The notes beneath the pieces were generated by a model. That model had not been told where the DNA came from and did no database searches. It saw nothing but the letters and a program-made list of their open reading frames with translations. 64,000 bases of DNA. It comes from a virus (Duplodnaviria > Heunggongvirae > Uroviricota > Caudoviricetes). The stretch is from positions 64,001 through 128,000 of the IMG/VR virus record IMGVR_UViG_3300045591_000029. One strand, 5' to 3'. The position numbers and the translations under genes are program-made. This document shows positions 20,936 through 32,600 of the stretch, piece by piece (positions within the stretch are counted from its first letter, which is position 1; each line of letters starts with the position of its first letter).

Positions 20936-21616
20936 ATGGCTAAGAGTGCAAAGCGTTTAGGCAACGCTACTTTTGTAACTTACGGATATGGCCAGGTTGA
21001 ACCTAACCATATGTCCGCTAAGCGCAATGGCCAGGTGTACGCTCAGCTTCCCGCAGCGGCAAGCATCGAGCTACTTGAGAATGGCCAGTTCGTAAAATAC
21101 GATTATGCCAAGGGTGTCTGTGACTTTGATGGTGCAGGTCCATGGCGCATGGTTTTCAATGAAGTAAAAATTTATGAGGATCGCGAGACTGATGCTGATT
21201 TCGCTATGATTAAGGACCGCTACAATGCTCGTGTCTATAGCCCAATCGGTCAGACTAAGTCCGATCTTAAGACCGTTCTTGATTATACTGGTGAGGCTGT
21301 CCGCGAGGGTAGCAACGCTGCTTTCAAGAAGGAAGTTGAGACTTTTAACTATCCTCAGCTAATGCCAGATGGCACTAAGATGGTTCCTCGTGTTATCGCT
21401 GTCCCTAACGGCGACATTTGGACTACTAATACAATTAAGGCTGAAGCTGGCTCTCTAAGTGTTGGCGATCAGCTCAAAATTGATACTGATGGTTATCTGA
21501 CTAAGGATGAAGGTAAAACCGCAACAGGCGGAGACGAAGATCCTAAGTTCGTGGTTGTAAAGGTTTACACCATGCCTGACTTACAGCCTGGCGTTAAAGT
21601 TCAGCGCATTGGTTGA
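20936..21616 (+). CDS. capsid-associated (decoration-like) protein
   Basis: 226 aa directly before the MCP, strong SD, no TAG. Confidence 0.55.
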   Translation: MAKSAKRLGNATFVTYGYGQVEPNHMSAKRNGQVYAQLPAAASIELLENGQFVKYDYAKGVCDFDGAGPWRMVFNEVKIYEDRETDADFAMIKDRYNARVYSPIGQTKSDLKTVLDYTGEAVREGSNAAFKKEVETFNYPQLMPDGTKMVPRVIAVPNGDIWTTNTIKAEAGSLSVGDQLKIDTDGYLTKDEGKTATGGDEDPKFVVVKVYTMPDLQPGVKVQRIG

Positions 21617-21634
21617 TAAAGGAGGGTTAAAATA

Positions 21635-22663
21635 ATGGATAAGGCTAATTTACTACAGTTAATGAAGAATGTAGCTAACGCTACTCCTTCTACTAACTTC
21701 TCTTATAATAACGAGAATCTCTCTTACAGCGCTATGAACGAGACTCTTCGTAGTGAACTCAACGCTCTCGTTGGTACTGAAGAGCTTTATGAGCAGAATA
21801 AGCGTTTGGTATTCTCTCTCATGGAGCAGACTATGGACGATATCGTTCCTAATCGTCTGATCAACGCTTATGGTCAGTTCGCTGAGATTCAGACATTCGC
21901 TCAGGGTGATCGCCCCGTCTTTAAGCGTAGAACTGGTAAGACTCGCGCTAAGCAGTTCATCACTCGTGTCGGTCTTGCCGGCGTATACGAGACCTTCAAG
22001 CTCGGTTCTGAGAGTTTCGAAGTTGGTACCAGTGCTATCGGCGGAGCCGCTCAGATCGGCTTCGAAGAGTTCCTTGACGGTCGTGTGAACTTCGCTGAAC
22101 TCACTCAGATCATTATGGATGGCATGGACGAACTCATTTATCGTGAGATCGCTCAGGCTCTTATGGGCGCAGTTGATCAGCTTCCCGCTGCTAACCGTGT
22201 AAGCGCTGCTGGTTTCGATGAAACTGGTCTTGACCGTCTTGTTACTACCGCAAGTGCTTATGGCACTCCTACTATTTACTGCACTCGTGAGTTCGCAGTA
22301 AAGATTGTTCCTGCTGAGGGCTGGATCTCTGATGAAATTCGTAACGAGCGTTGGAACACCGGTTATCTTGCTAACTATAAGGGTGTTCGTGTTGTAATTC
22401 TTCCTCAGACTCTTGAGGATGAAACCAACAGCCGTAAGGTAATCGATCCTGGCTATGCTTGGGTTATTCCTTCTGGCGCTGGCGAGAAGCCTGTTAAGGT
22501 TGCTTTCGAGGGTACCACTCACGTTCGTGAGCGTAATGATAATGATGACTGGTCTCGTGACATCCAGGTCTACCGCAAGGTTGGCGTTGGTGTTATGATG
22601 ACTAACAACATCTTCTCTTACGTTGATACTCAGCTTCAGGGCAAGCTTGACGTAATTCAATAA
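21635..22663 (+). CDS. major capsid protein
   Basis: 342 aa, strongly biased codon usage, position after protease/decoration genes, followed by terminator ~22672-22700. Confidence 0.8.
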   Translation: MDKANLLQLMKNVANATPSTNFSYNNENLSYSAMNETLRSELNALVGTEELYEQNKRLVFSLMEQTMDDIVPNRLINAYGQFAEIQTFAQGDRPVFKRRTGKTRAKQFITRVGLAGVYETFKLGSESFEVGTSAIGGAAQIGFEEFLDGRVNFAELTQIIMDGMDELIYREIAQALMGAVDQLPAANRVSAAGFDETGLDRLVTTASAYGTPTIYCTREFAVKIVPAEGWISDEIRNERWNTGYLANYKGVRVVILPQTLEDETNSRKVIDPGYAWVIPSGAGEKPVKVAFEGTTHVRERNDNDDWSRDIQVYRKVGVGVMMTNNIFSYVDTQLQGKLDVIQ

Positions 22664-22734
22664 ACTATTCGAGGGGATAGGGATATATCCCTATCCCCTT
22701 TAATTCATTATTTGAGAAAAAGGAGTTTTTAATT

Positions 22735-25700
22735 ATGAAAGACCAGTGTAATGTCACTAACAAGAGCGCAGGCTTTGTTATTTATAATATCCCCGAATTG
22801 GGCGTCCGCAGAGAGTTCGCTCCTCATGAAACTAAGCATATCAAGGTTGATGAGTTAGATTCTCTGTCTATGATGGGCGGCGGAAAAGAGCTTATCTATA
22901 ATTATCTCTTTATTAACGATGATGAAATTCTTCGTCATTTACTTAATAAGGATGTAGAACCAGAGTATTATCTGACTGAGGAACAGATTCCCAGCTGGAT
23001 GGAATCTTGTTCTATTGATGAATTTAAGGATGCTCTTGATTTCGCTCCTAATGGCACAAAAGATCTTATTAAGCAGTACGCTGTTAGTAAACCATTAAAT
23101 GACTACGATAAGAGAGAGGCTATTAAAGCCCAGCTTGGTTTTGATGTGAGCAAAGCTATCGAAAATATGAAGCCTGACGAGAACGAGAAGAAGAGCGAAA
23201 AGGTTATCAGCACTCCTGCGGCAACCGGACGTCGTTCTTCTACCACTACAATTAAAAAGCCCGTGGAGGCTAAAGAATAAGGGAGGTAATCCCCATGGAT
23301 GAAAAATATCCAATTCAAGGGGATCCTACACCCTTTGAAGATATATACAATCGTTTCTTCGGTAAGATTACAGACGATATGTATATGGAGTGGACTGAGG
23401 AAGACACCAAGAAAGATTTGCTAAATATCTTACTTGATGCCATCCCAGGATTTGAATTTCCGCGTTTTCCACTCTATGATTATGACGTGAATGGTGAGAC
23501 TTTTAATTGCCATTTAACTTCCGAAGAAATTAACATTCTTGCGCTACTAATGTATAATACTTGGCTTCAGCGTCAAGTGGCGTCTGTTGAACAGATGAGA
23601 ATGAAATACTCTGGTAGCGATTTCAAAATGACCTCTCAAGCAAACCATCTCGCTAAATTAATGGAACTTAAGAAAGAGGCTGAGCGTTAGGCGCATCATA
23701 TGCAACGCCTCTATAAACGCAGAAAGATGATTGATAATAACGGCTCTATTAAGTCTAACTGGTCTACTCTTAGAGAAACGAGTACCTTCGATGGATAAGT
23801 ATAATATTAACTTTCCAATGAGTACTATCGACCAAGATATGAAGAGACTTATCAATCAACTATGGAAGTTAATTCCTATGCGTGAAAATGGAGAAGATTG
23901 GGAGACACATCTAAAAACTATGCTAGAAGAAATTTCTGGTTTGGTGCATATTTACAAGGATAAAGTAGAAGGATTAATTTTATTATCAAAGTTAGAGGGC
24001 TTAACCTCAGATGCTTGTAATGATTTTATGATTTATAGAAAGACTGTATTTAGATGTATCGATCTATTAACTCAGGTGATTCGCAATGATTAATTTAGAA
24101 TTAATGCGGAAGAGATTCGAGTGGCAAGGCGGTATTCATCAGGAAGACCGCATGATTAAGGATAAACAACGCACTTTACATAGAGCTTTGTTATATTCTT
24201 ATCAAGCTGCTTCGATTGAGATGGTTTAGAGAAATACAGAAGTGCTTGAGATTGAACCCTCCGGTGTAGATGCGGACATGGGGGTTTATGGAGAGATTCG
24301 CGCTCTTATCAATCCAGATAAGGTAAAGCAGGATTACGACGACAAGATCGTTTCTATTGATTACGAGCATGGTTATGAACCTGGTGATGTATTTGAATGG
24401 AAGAAAACAAATACATATTGGCTGATCTATACTCAAGAGATTACTGAAGATGCCTACTTTAGAGGAGAAATAAGACGCTGTAGATATAAGATTCGTTTCA
24501 AGGATTAGGACGGAAATTGGTGTTCTACTTATGCGGCCATTCGAGGTCCAGTAGAGACACAAATCAATTCTATTCAAAAGAATCAATAGAGAATTGATAC
24601 TCCTAATCTAAGTTTGAATATTCTTATGCCGCGTAATGAAAAGACACTTCATGCTTTTGATAGATATTCAGAATTTATCTTTGCGGGGAAGTGCTGGAGA
24701 GTTGAAGCTCCAGATTCGATTAGTATGAAAAATATTATCGAAGTCAATGCGGAAGAGAATTACTGGAATGATACCACTGATGACCTTGAGAAAGAGATGA
24801 AGGATGGTTTGGTTTTTGAACCTACTAATCCTACTCCTGATAGCAAGATTATCGGTGAGACTTTTATAAAGCCGAAAATTGCGGCTACTTACTCCGTCGA
24901 TATTGCGGACGGAGAATGGAAGATACTTGAAAATGTACCTGCCTGTTTACAGGTAACTGGAAATTAGACAGCTACAGTGATTTGGAATAAAACTACAAGT
25001 GGTCAATTCACATTACAATGGACAAAGGGTAATGATGTAAGAGAAAAGGTCGTTGTAGTTGAATCATTGTATTGAGGTGATCGCGCATGAAACATAATTC
25101 ATATGAGTACCCCAAGTCTAGTTTATTGGGTATGCCTAAAGACGCGGCGATTATTATCGACCGTATTCTATCAAATCCTAATCTCTTGAGATTATTAGTT
25201 TATGAAACAAGAGACTGGCAATCTCAACCTTTACCAAACGGAGAACAGATTAAGGAACTATTTACTAGTCATCAGATTTCATCTGTCCCAAAGATTAAGA
25301 TTGATAGTAAAGAAAAAACCTATATTAGATTGACTTATGGCACTGTCATTAGAAACGCTTCGAATCCAGAATATCGAGATAATACATTTGGTATTGATAT
25401 TATTTGTCACTATGACAACTGGGATTTAGGAGACTTTGAGCTACGCCCTTATAGGGTCGCGGGAGAGATAGATGCCATGCTTGATAAAACTCACTTAACC
25501 GGCATCGGTGAACTTGAGTTTGTATCTGCTACCCCCTATGTATATAACGAAGAATTTGCGGGAGTGTCTCTGACCTATCTAGCTGTTAGAGGTCATGAGG
25601 ACTAGAAAAATCCTGTAAATGGCTGACTATAGACTAGCTTTAATGGCCGGGATTGATATTCCTATTCCTGAATTACAATTAACTGTCCATGTCCCGACCA

Positions 25701-26365
25701 TTAAAGATATAGCTTACATGGGTGAGTAGCAGTTTTTTATGGCTGTTCAATATATCTGTTTAGAGAAAGAGTCATTAGTATAGGACGAAACTCTTTTAGC
25801 GTCTTTGACTAATTTTCAAGTATTGATGAAAGTATTAGAGCAATCGTAGGATAAAGAAAAAAAGATTGCTTTGATTACTCTGCTTAAGTTACTTTTTCCT
25901 GAGTATACAGCAATGATTACCAAGAATAGTATTATTCTTACTATCGTTGGTGAATCCGCTAAAACAGTAATGATAGATGATAGTAACTTTACTGTTTTTC
26001 AGAGCGTAATACGCGAGATTTTATGCGTAAATAGCTTATTTCAAGGCGAAAATGTTATTTACAATCCGGCGAACGATAGAGCTAAAAAAATTGCGGATAA
26101 AATCATGCGGAATCGCCGCAAAGTTGCTGAATAGAAAGGAACAAGTAATGAGAGCGTTCTAACTCGCTATATCTCTGTTTTAACAGTAGCTAAAGTAATT
26201 TCATTAAGTGAATGTGGAGCATTAAATATGTTTCAGCTATTTGATTTGATGGAGAGATATACGGGTTATGTTGAATGGGATACCGACCTTAAAGTTAGAC
26301 TTGCGGGCGGGAAGCCCGATAAACAAGTTGAATCTTGGATGAAAGAATTACATCCCAATAAATAA
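22735..26365 (+). CDS. head-tail joining/neck cluster (22735..23280, 23295..23798, 23791..24093, 24086..25075, 25087..25626, 25619..26365)
   Basis: Six coupled ORFs with overlapping stops/starts when TAG=Gln, located between MCP and major tail protein. Confidence 0.65.
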
Positions 26366-26379
26366 GGAGGAAATATACT

Positions 26380-27318
26380 ATGAGATTTGGCGTACGCGAA
26401 ATTTGCGACGTAGCATTCCGTGCTAAGTCTAAGATGACTCTCGGCGGCCGCACTTTCTATAAGAATGAGCCTGTCATTTATTTCGACTCTCTAAAGACTT
26501 CTAGCCTTGAGGGCGCTTCTACCACAGTTTATGCAACTGGTGGACGCGGTAACACTCGTTTGATCGCATGGGAAGGCGAGCGTACTCTCACCTTCAATAT
26601 GGAAGATGCTCTTATTAGTCCTGAGAGCCTGGCCATTCTTTCTGGTGCCGGTTTAGCTACTGCTACTGCCGAAAAGCCTGTTTATGTTCACATGACTTCT
26701 CAGGTTCAGGTAACTGCTAAGAATACTATTGAAATTCCAGAGATTGCTTGCTGGAATGGTACTGCAACTGGTACTCCTAGTACTGGCACTGCAGCTGATT
26801 ACAAGCATGCTAATGCAGATATCTTCTGCATGGTATTAAGCGATTCTGGTACTGTTGATGTTGAACCTTGTGTTCCTGCCGCAGTTGTTTATGGCGATGG
26901 TAAGACCACTATTACCTGCTATGCTGATGGCGCAGCTGGACATAAGGATCTTGAAGTTGGCAAGGTTGTTCTTGTTGACTATTACATCAAGAAGGTTTCC
27001 AACACCATGCTAATTGAAATCACCCCAGAGATTAAGGGTCAGAACTTCTATATTGAAGCTTCCACTCTGTTCCGCGATGAGAATACTGGTCTTGATATGC
27101 CTGCGGAATTTGTAATTCCTAATGGTAAAGTTCAGTCTAACTTCACCTTCTCTATGGCATCTAGCGGTGATCCTTCTACTTTCAGCTTCGTGGTTGACGC
27201 ATTCCCTGGCTATACCAAGTTCGATCTTACCAAGAAAGTTCTTGCTGCTATCCAGGTCGTTATGGATGATGTAGCCGCTGCTGAAGAGAAGAGAGAAGCC
27301 TGCACAGCGGGGGAATAA
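26380..27318 (+). CDS. major tail (tube) protein
   Basis: 312 aa, T/A-rich beta protein, high-expression codon bias, no TAG, upstream of the tape measure gene. Confidence 0.75.
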   Translation: MRFGVREICDVAFRAKSKMTLGGRTFYKNEPVIYFDSLKTSSLEGASTTVYATGGRGNTRLIAWEGERTLTFNMEDALISPESLAILSGAGLATATAEKPVYVHMTSQVQVTAKNTIEIPEIACWNGTATGTPSTGTAADYKHANADIFCMVLSDSGTVDVEPCVPAAVVYGDGKTTITCYADGAAGHKDLEVGKVVLVDYYIKKVSNTMLIEITPEIKGQNFYIEASTLFRDENTGLDMPAEFVIPNGKVQSNFTFSMASSGDPSTFSFVVDAFPGYTKFDLTKKVLAAIQVVMDDVAAAEEKREACTAGE

Positions 27319-27483
27319 ATACTCTGGAGGCCAATGACGCGGAATCTAAATATACAGAACCAGTCCAGACCCAATCTGCTGCTAAACGACTAAGCTTTAT
27401 AGCGGATGAAGATGAGGACTTAATCTGAGTTTAAGGGAGGACTTAATGTCCTCCCTTTTTCTTTTTATCTGGAGGTAAAGGAG

Positions 27484-28992
27484 ATGCCTAAAAAACATTA
27501 TCTCGGTGATTAGAGCATGGCGATTGATGTTGATGCCTATGTTGATCACTTTTATATACACTATAAAACTGAAACTGCTAAAAATTTAATTCCGGGAGCG
27601 ATTGGATATTTTGATGCTAAGAGAAATGAAGTGCTTGCTAAAATGCCTGAGCAAGCAATAGAAGATTAGCTCAATGCAACCTTGACTAAGATGAACGGAT
27701 AGGTAGCATCTGCGCGGTCTGTTAAGAAGATTTTAGATAGCTTAGATCAAGGTTCTCTATTAGACGAGACATTAGAATTAATAGCTTAGAAGATGAATAC
27801 GTCAATCGAAACGGCTTATTCTAATGCAATTAACGGATAGGATTATACCTCTGCGGTGTCTACTGTTTAGTCTAAATTTAATTCATCCTTAGCAAATGGA
27901 CCAATGACCAAAGAAGCGGGATTAGAATTTTTTAATTATATAGAGAAAGCGTTAAATCTTATCGGAGAGAGTATGTCTTCTGCATAGCTTTCATCATTTA
28001 AGGCACTACAGCAAGTATTTACAGGCTAGGCATCTTGGTCTAATGAACTCGTTGCTGTATCTAAAGATTCCGTCTCGATCGCGGCAGATGTGCTTAGATA
28101 TTTAAATTCTGCGGCCGAGAAATTAACCACTACAGGTGGAGTTAGTAAAGCTTCCTTTTCATCCACTATATCGAATATTTTTTCTAGAGCCATTGGCGAA
28201 GAACTGGCTCGATAGATGGTATAGACTGCGTTATGGGATATTGAACAAGAGGCAGATAGAATTATGGATGGACTTGTTACCAGTTCCAGCGGAAAGCTAA
28301 AATGGGCTGGTGGACAAAGTGATGTGCGGACTTCTGGCACAAATAAGACTTCTCAAAACAGAACGGCTAAAGTTGACTTATTAACTAATAATGTATTTGA
28401 ACTGTCTACTACGGTAAATGGTAGTAATATTACCATTGAGGTCGCTGCTAATACATCGGTAAAATGGTAGTAGAAAACATCTAGAGCTATCCACATCGTT
28501 AGTAGAATGCCTTTAGCTTCTATTCTTGAAAGTGAATCTGCTAATGGCTAGCACTATGCATACAATATTATCGCGCAGAGATTAAGCCCAAACGGACCTA
28601 ATGGGAATTTCTATCAAGCTTATAATTCTATTCGAGCTAGTGTTGCAGGATCTTTCTTTACTCAATGGCTGACGGGCTCTGGTAATGCATTAACTCAAGC
28701 AGGTGGCATTGATAGAGCACAATTCCTAATGTGTAACGGTCGTATTTATTCTGTTATGAGTATTATTCGAAAAGTTTGTGAGAATACTCTCAAAGGAGTA
28801 AATGCAGATATCCGAGGTTTTATGGTTGATGGCGAGAAGAAAGTCAGCAACAAGTTTATTCAACCTTTTATGGGCGATAATTGGGTTTAGGATGCGACTT
28901 TAGCAAATGTCCGTAGCGAGATGGTCAAAAATGCCATTAATACTCTTACTATTTCTGGCAGTCTAAATCCTAATATATTAAAAGGATTATAA
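27484..28992 (+). CDS. hypothetical protein, TAG-rich (502 aa)
   Basis: GGAGG SD and ATG at 27484; frame read as open to TAA 28990-28992 only with TAG=Gln. Confidence 0.6.
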
Positions 28993-29056
28993 ACTTGACA
29001 AAAGATTTCTTTTCTAGTATAATTAAAATATAAATGAGTTAAAGGAGTTAATACCT

Positions 29057-29590
29057 ATGAAAATGACTTTTACTAAGCTGGGGCTAAAGGCTAAGAAAAT
29101 TACCACCAATTGCCCGCTTACTGACGATATTACGCTTGAAATCCGCAATTATCTTCCTGTTGATGAAAAAGCGGAATTTATTCAATTCATTGTTAATCAT
29201 GCTCTTGATGACATGACCGGTTGTTTTAGCCCTGTAAGAATCGAGGTTTATTTTTCTATTGCTGTATGTAAGTGGTATGCAAATATTACCTTTACAGAGA
29301 AACAAATGACAGAAGTTTCTAAGACTTACGACCTTTTGGAAGAGAATGGCGTGATTGATCAGATTATTTCTACTATTCCAGAGGATGAAATCGAGTTTAT
29401 GAAAGAACTCGTAAATGATACAGTTAGCGATATTGCTAGATATAATTCTTCTGCGGCTGGCATTATTCAGGCTATGACAGCAAATGCAGGTGGATTAGAT
29501 TCACAGATTACTGAAATTTTAGACAAGATTAAGAATGGTGAGAATCTAGAGACTCTGGCCGTAATCAAAGATGTGGTTGGAAAAGATTAA
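29057..29590 (+). CDS. hypothetical protein (possible tail assembly chaperone)
   Basis: Own promoter TTGACA-17-TATAAT at ~28996-29024; lies immediately before the TMP. Confidence 0.55.
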   Translation: MKMTFTKLGLKAKKITTNCPLTDDITLEIRNYLPVDEKAEFIQFIVNHALDDMTGCFSPVRIEVYFSIAVCKWYANITFTEKQMTEVSKTYDLLEENGVIDQIISTIPEDEIEFMKELVNDTVSDIARYNSSAAGIIQAMTANAGGLDSQITEILDKIKNGENLETLAVIKDVVGKD

Positions 29591-29699
29591 GTAATCTAAT
29601 TAAATTCTCAGATTAAGTAGAGAATTAAAAGGCTCTTGAGGATACTAATTCTCAAGAGCCTTTATTTTGTTATATAGGTGTTAAAGGAGGAAAAGGACT

Positions 29700-32600
29700 A
29701 TGGCAAAGCGTCTAAATTATACGATTGGCGTTAATGCTGATACTAGTAAGTTTGAAGCATCTTTGCAAGAGGCTGTCACTAGTCTATAGGCAGTAGGAAC
29801 TAAATCTCAAGTTGTTCCTACTCTATAGAAAGCTTCTACTGCCGCTTTAGATTTAGCTAAGAATCTATAGTCAGCAGTAAATACTAACACTGGTAAATTA
29901 GATTTATCTGTTTTTAATAAAAAATTAGAAGATAGTGGACAAAGTTTAAGGTCATATTATAATCAGATGGTCTAGCTCGGTCCAGCTGGTACAGAGGCAT
30001 TTTTGAAAGTAGCTTCATCTATTACTTAGGCTGAATTACCGTTGCGTAGAACCAATACCCTGATGAACGAATTATGGGTAACTATGAAGAACACAATGCG
30101 TTGGTAGTTAACATCTAGCGTACTGCATGGATTTGTTGGTTCTTTAGAGCAAGCCTATGGGTATTCTAAAAATTTAGATAGATCACTTAATGAAATTCGT
30201 ATTGTAAGTGAGAAATCTGCGGAAGATATGGCCCGTTTTGCTGAATAGGCAAATAAAGCAGCTAAAGCATTAAGTACGACTACGACTAACTATACTGATG
30301 CTTCTTTAATTTACTATCAGCAAGGTTTAACAGATCAAGAGGTACTTGATCGTACAGAAACCACGATCAAGATGGCTAATGTAGCTGGCACAACCGCGGA
30401 AACCGCGTCTCAGCAGTTAACTGCTATTTGGAACAACTTCTATGATGGAAGTTAGAGCCTTGAGCATTATGCTGATGTCATGGTTAAATTAGGTGCGGCG
30501 ACTGCATCTAGTTCTGACGAAATCTCTGAAGGTATCTAGAAGTTTGCAGCTGTGGCTAATACAGTAGGATTAAGCTATGAGTATGCTGCGTCTGCTCTTG
30601 CTACCGTTACTGCACAAACTCGTGAGAGTGCTAGTGTTGTTGGTACTGCATTTAGAACCTTGTTCTCTCGTATTCAGGGTTTGAATCAAGGAGAAACTCT
30701 TGATGACGGAACTACCTTGAATAAGTATTCTCAGGCTCTTGCTACTGTTGGTGTTCAAATTAAGGATACCAATGGAGAACTTAAAGGTATGGACGAAATC
30801 CTCGATGATCTTGGTAGTAGATGGAATACTCTTGCTCAAGATCAGAAGATTGCTCTAGCCGAGACAGTTGCAGGCGTACGCCAATGGACACAGTTAATCG
30901 CATTGATGGATAACTGGAATTTCTTCAAAGAGAATCTAGCTATGGCACAAGATGCAGATGGTACGTTAGAGCAACAAGCCGAGATTTACGCTGAATCTTG
31001 GGAAGCTGCTAGAGATAGAACCAAGGCTGCCGCGGAAGATATTTATGACAGTTTAATCAATCCAGATTTCTACATTAAAGTAGATGATTTGATTACTCCT
31101 TTATTGAGCGGTACAGCTGATGTTATTGATGCTATGGGTGGTATGAATGGCGTATTAGCGGCATCTGTGCTACTAATTAACAAGGTCTATGGAGATAAGA
31201 TTGCTGAAAGCTTGCGAGAGAGTGCTATTCAGATTGGCTTCTTAACTAATCAAGAGTAGGAGAGAGCAAGAGCGCTTCAACAACAAGCTGCTACGCTTGC
31301 CAAAAGCATTTCTATCGAAAAGATGGGTGTTGAAGGTCCTGCAAGAGAGGCTCTAGATATTACACAAAAATAGGTTGAATTGCGTGGGTTAGTTAATTCT
31401 AAGATTGATGAATTAAATGAACGCCAAAAGAGTGTCCTTTAGGCAGACCTTAATCATTTACAGTCTTTGCAAGAACAGTCTAAAGAGTATGCCCGCTAGA
31501 TCACATTAAATGAAGAATTGGCGGCGCAGTATAAGCAAGATATTAAGGATAATATCTCTGTTGATAGTAAAAGTGATATTAACAGATATTTAGGCGGAAG
31601 AAAAGGCAGCGCTAGCAGTGATGTAGTAAAAAATGCAGTTACTGGAGTTCAGGACCTTATTTCTAAGAGTCGTTCTGCGGATGAAGCTATTGCTAGAATA
31701 ATTACCAGATTAGAATCTGTATCTAAGAAGCAAGTGGATTTACGTGCCATCTCTAATAGAATTAAATCTTTAAGCAATGATAGCGATGAGCTAAGCCCTA
31801 AATTAAAAAAAGTTGCTTATGAGATGGGCGGAATTAAACCGGGCGCTTCGGAGCAAGAGATTTTAGATTATTTTACAGACGTTGACAGACAATTAGATGA
31901 TCTAAATGCTCAGTCAACTATCTTGAAAGATACTTTAACTAATTTCTTACCAGAACGTTAGGTTAATCTTGTCGTTAGATTTACAGCCGCTCTTAAAGAA
32001 GGTAAAAGCGCTACAGAAGCTATGGCTTATGTCACCAAAGAGTATGAAGCGGCAAATAAGAAAGTAACAAATAGCCTAGAAACAAACGCTTATGCAACAA
32101 AAGATTGGGCTGATAAGATTGTTTCCGCAGGCACTTATCTTTCTCAATTAGCTATGGCTATGCAAGCATTTAAGAGTATTGGAAATGTTTTCCAAGACTC
32201 TGATATGACTGCAGGAGAGCGTTTAATTACCATCTTCACAAGTTTAGGAATGCTATTACCTACTGTCATTACTTTGACGAAAGCAATGACTGGAGCGACT
32301 CAGCTTGTAACTATTAGTGAAGCTAAGGAAGTTACTGTTAAAGGACTTGGTATCATCGCATCTCTTGCTAAGGCTGCAGCGGATAAAATTCTTGCTAAGG
32401 CTGAAGGCGAAGTAGCAACTGCAACCGCGATAGCGAATGCAGAAATTGTAGCTGGATTAATTGCTTTAGCCTCGTATATTGCTCTTGTTGCCGCTCTCGG
32501 TGTTGCTATTTATGCTTTAGTAAAAGCTTATAATGCTGATGCGGATGCTGCTAAAGAGGCTGCTGCGGGAGTTGAAGTATTAAACAAAGCATATGATGAT

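Noticed and set aside
21659-22660. 333-aa minus-strand ORF
   Set aside because: Shadow of the MCP caused by its biased codon usage.
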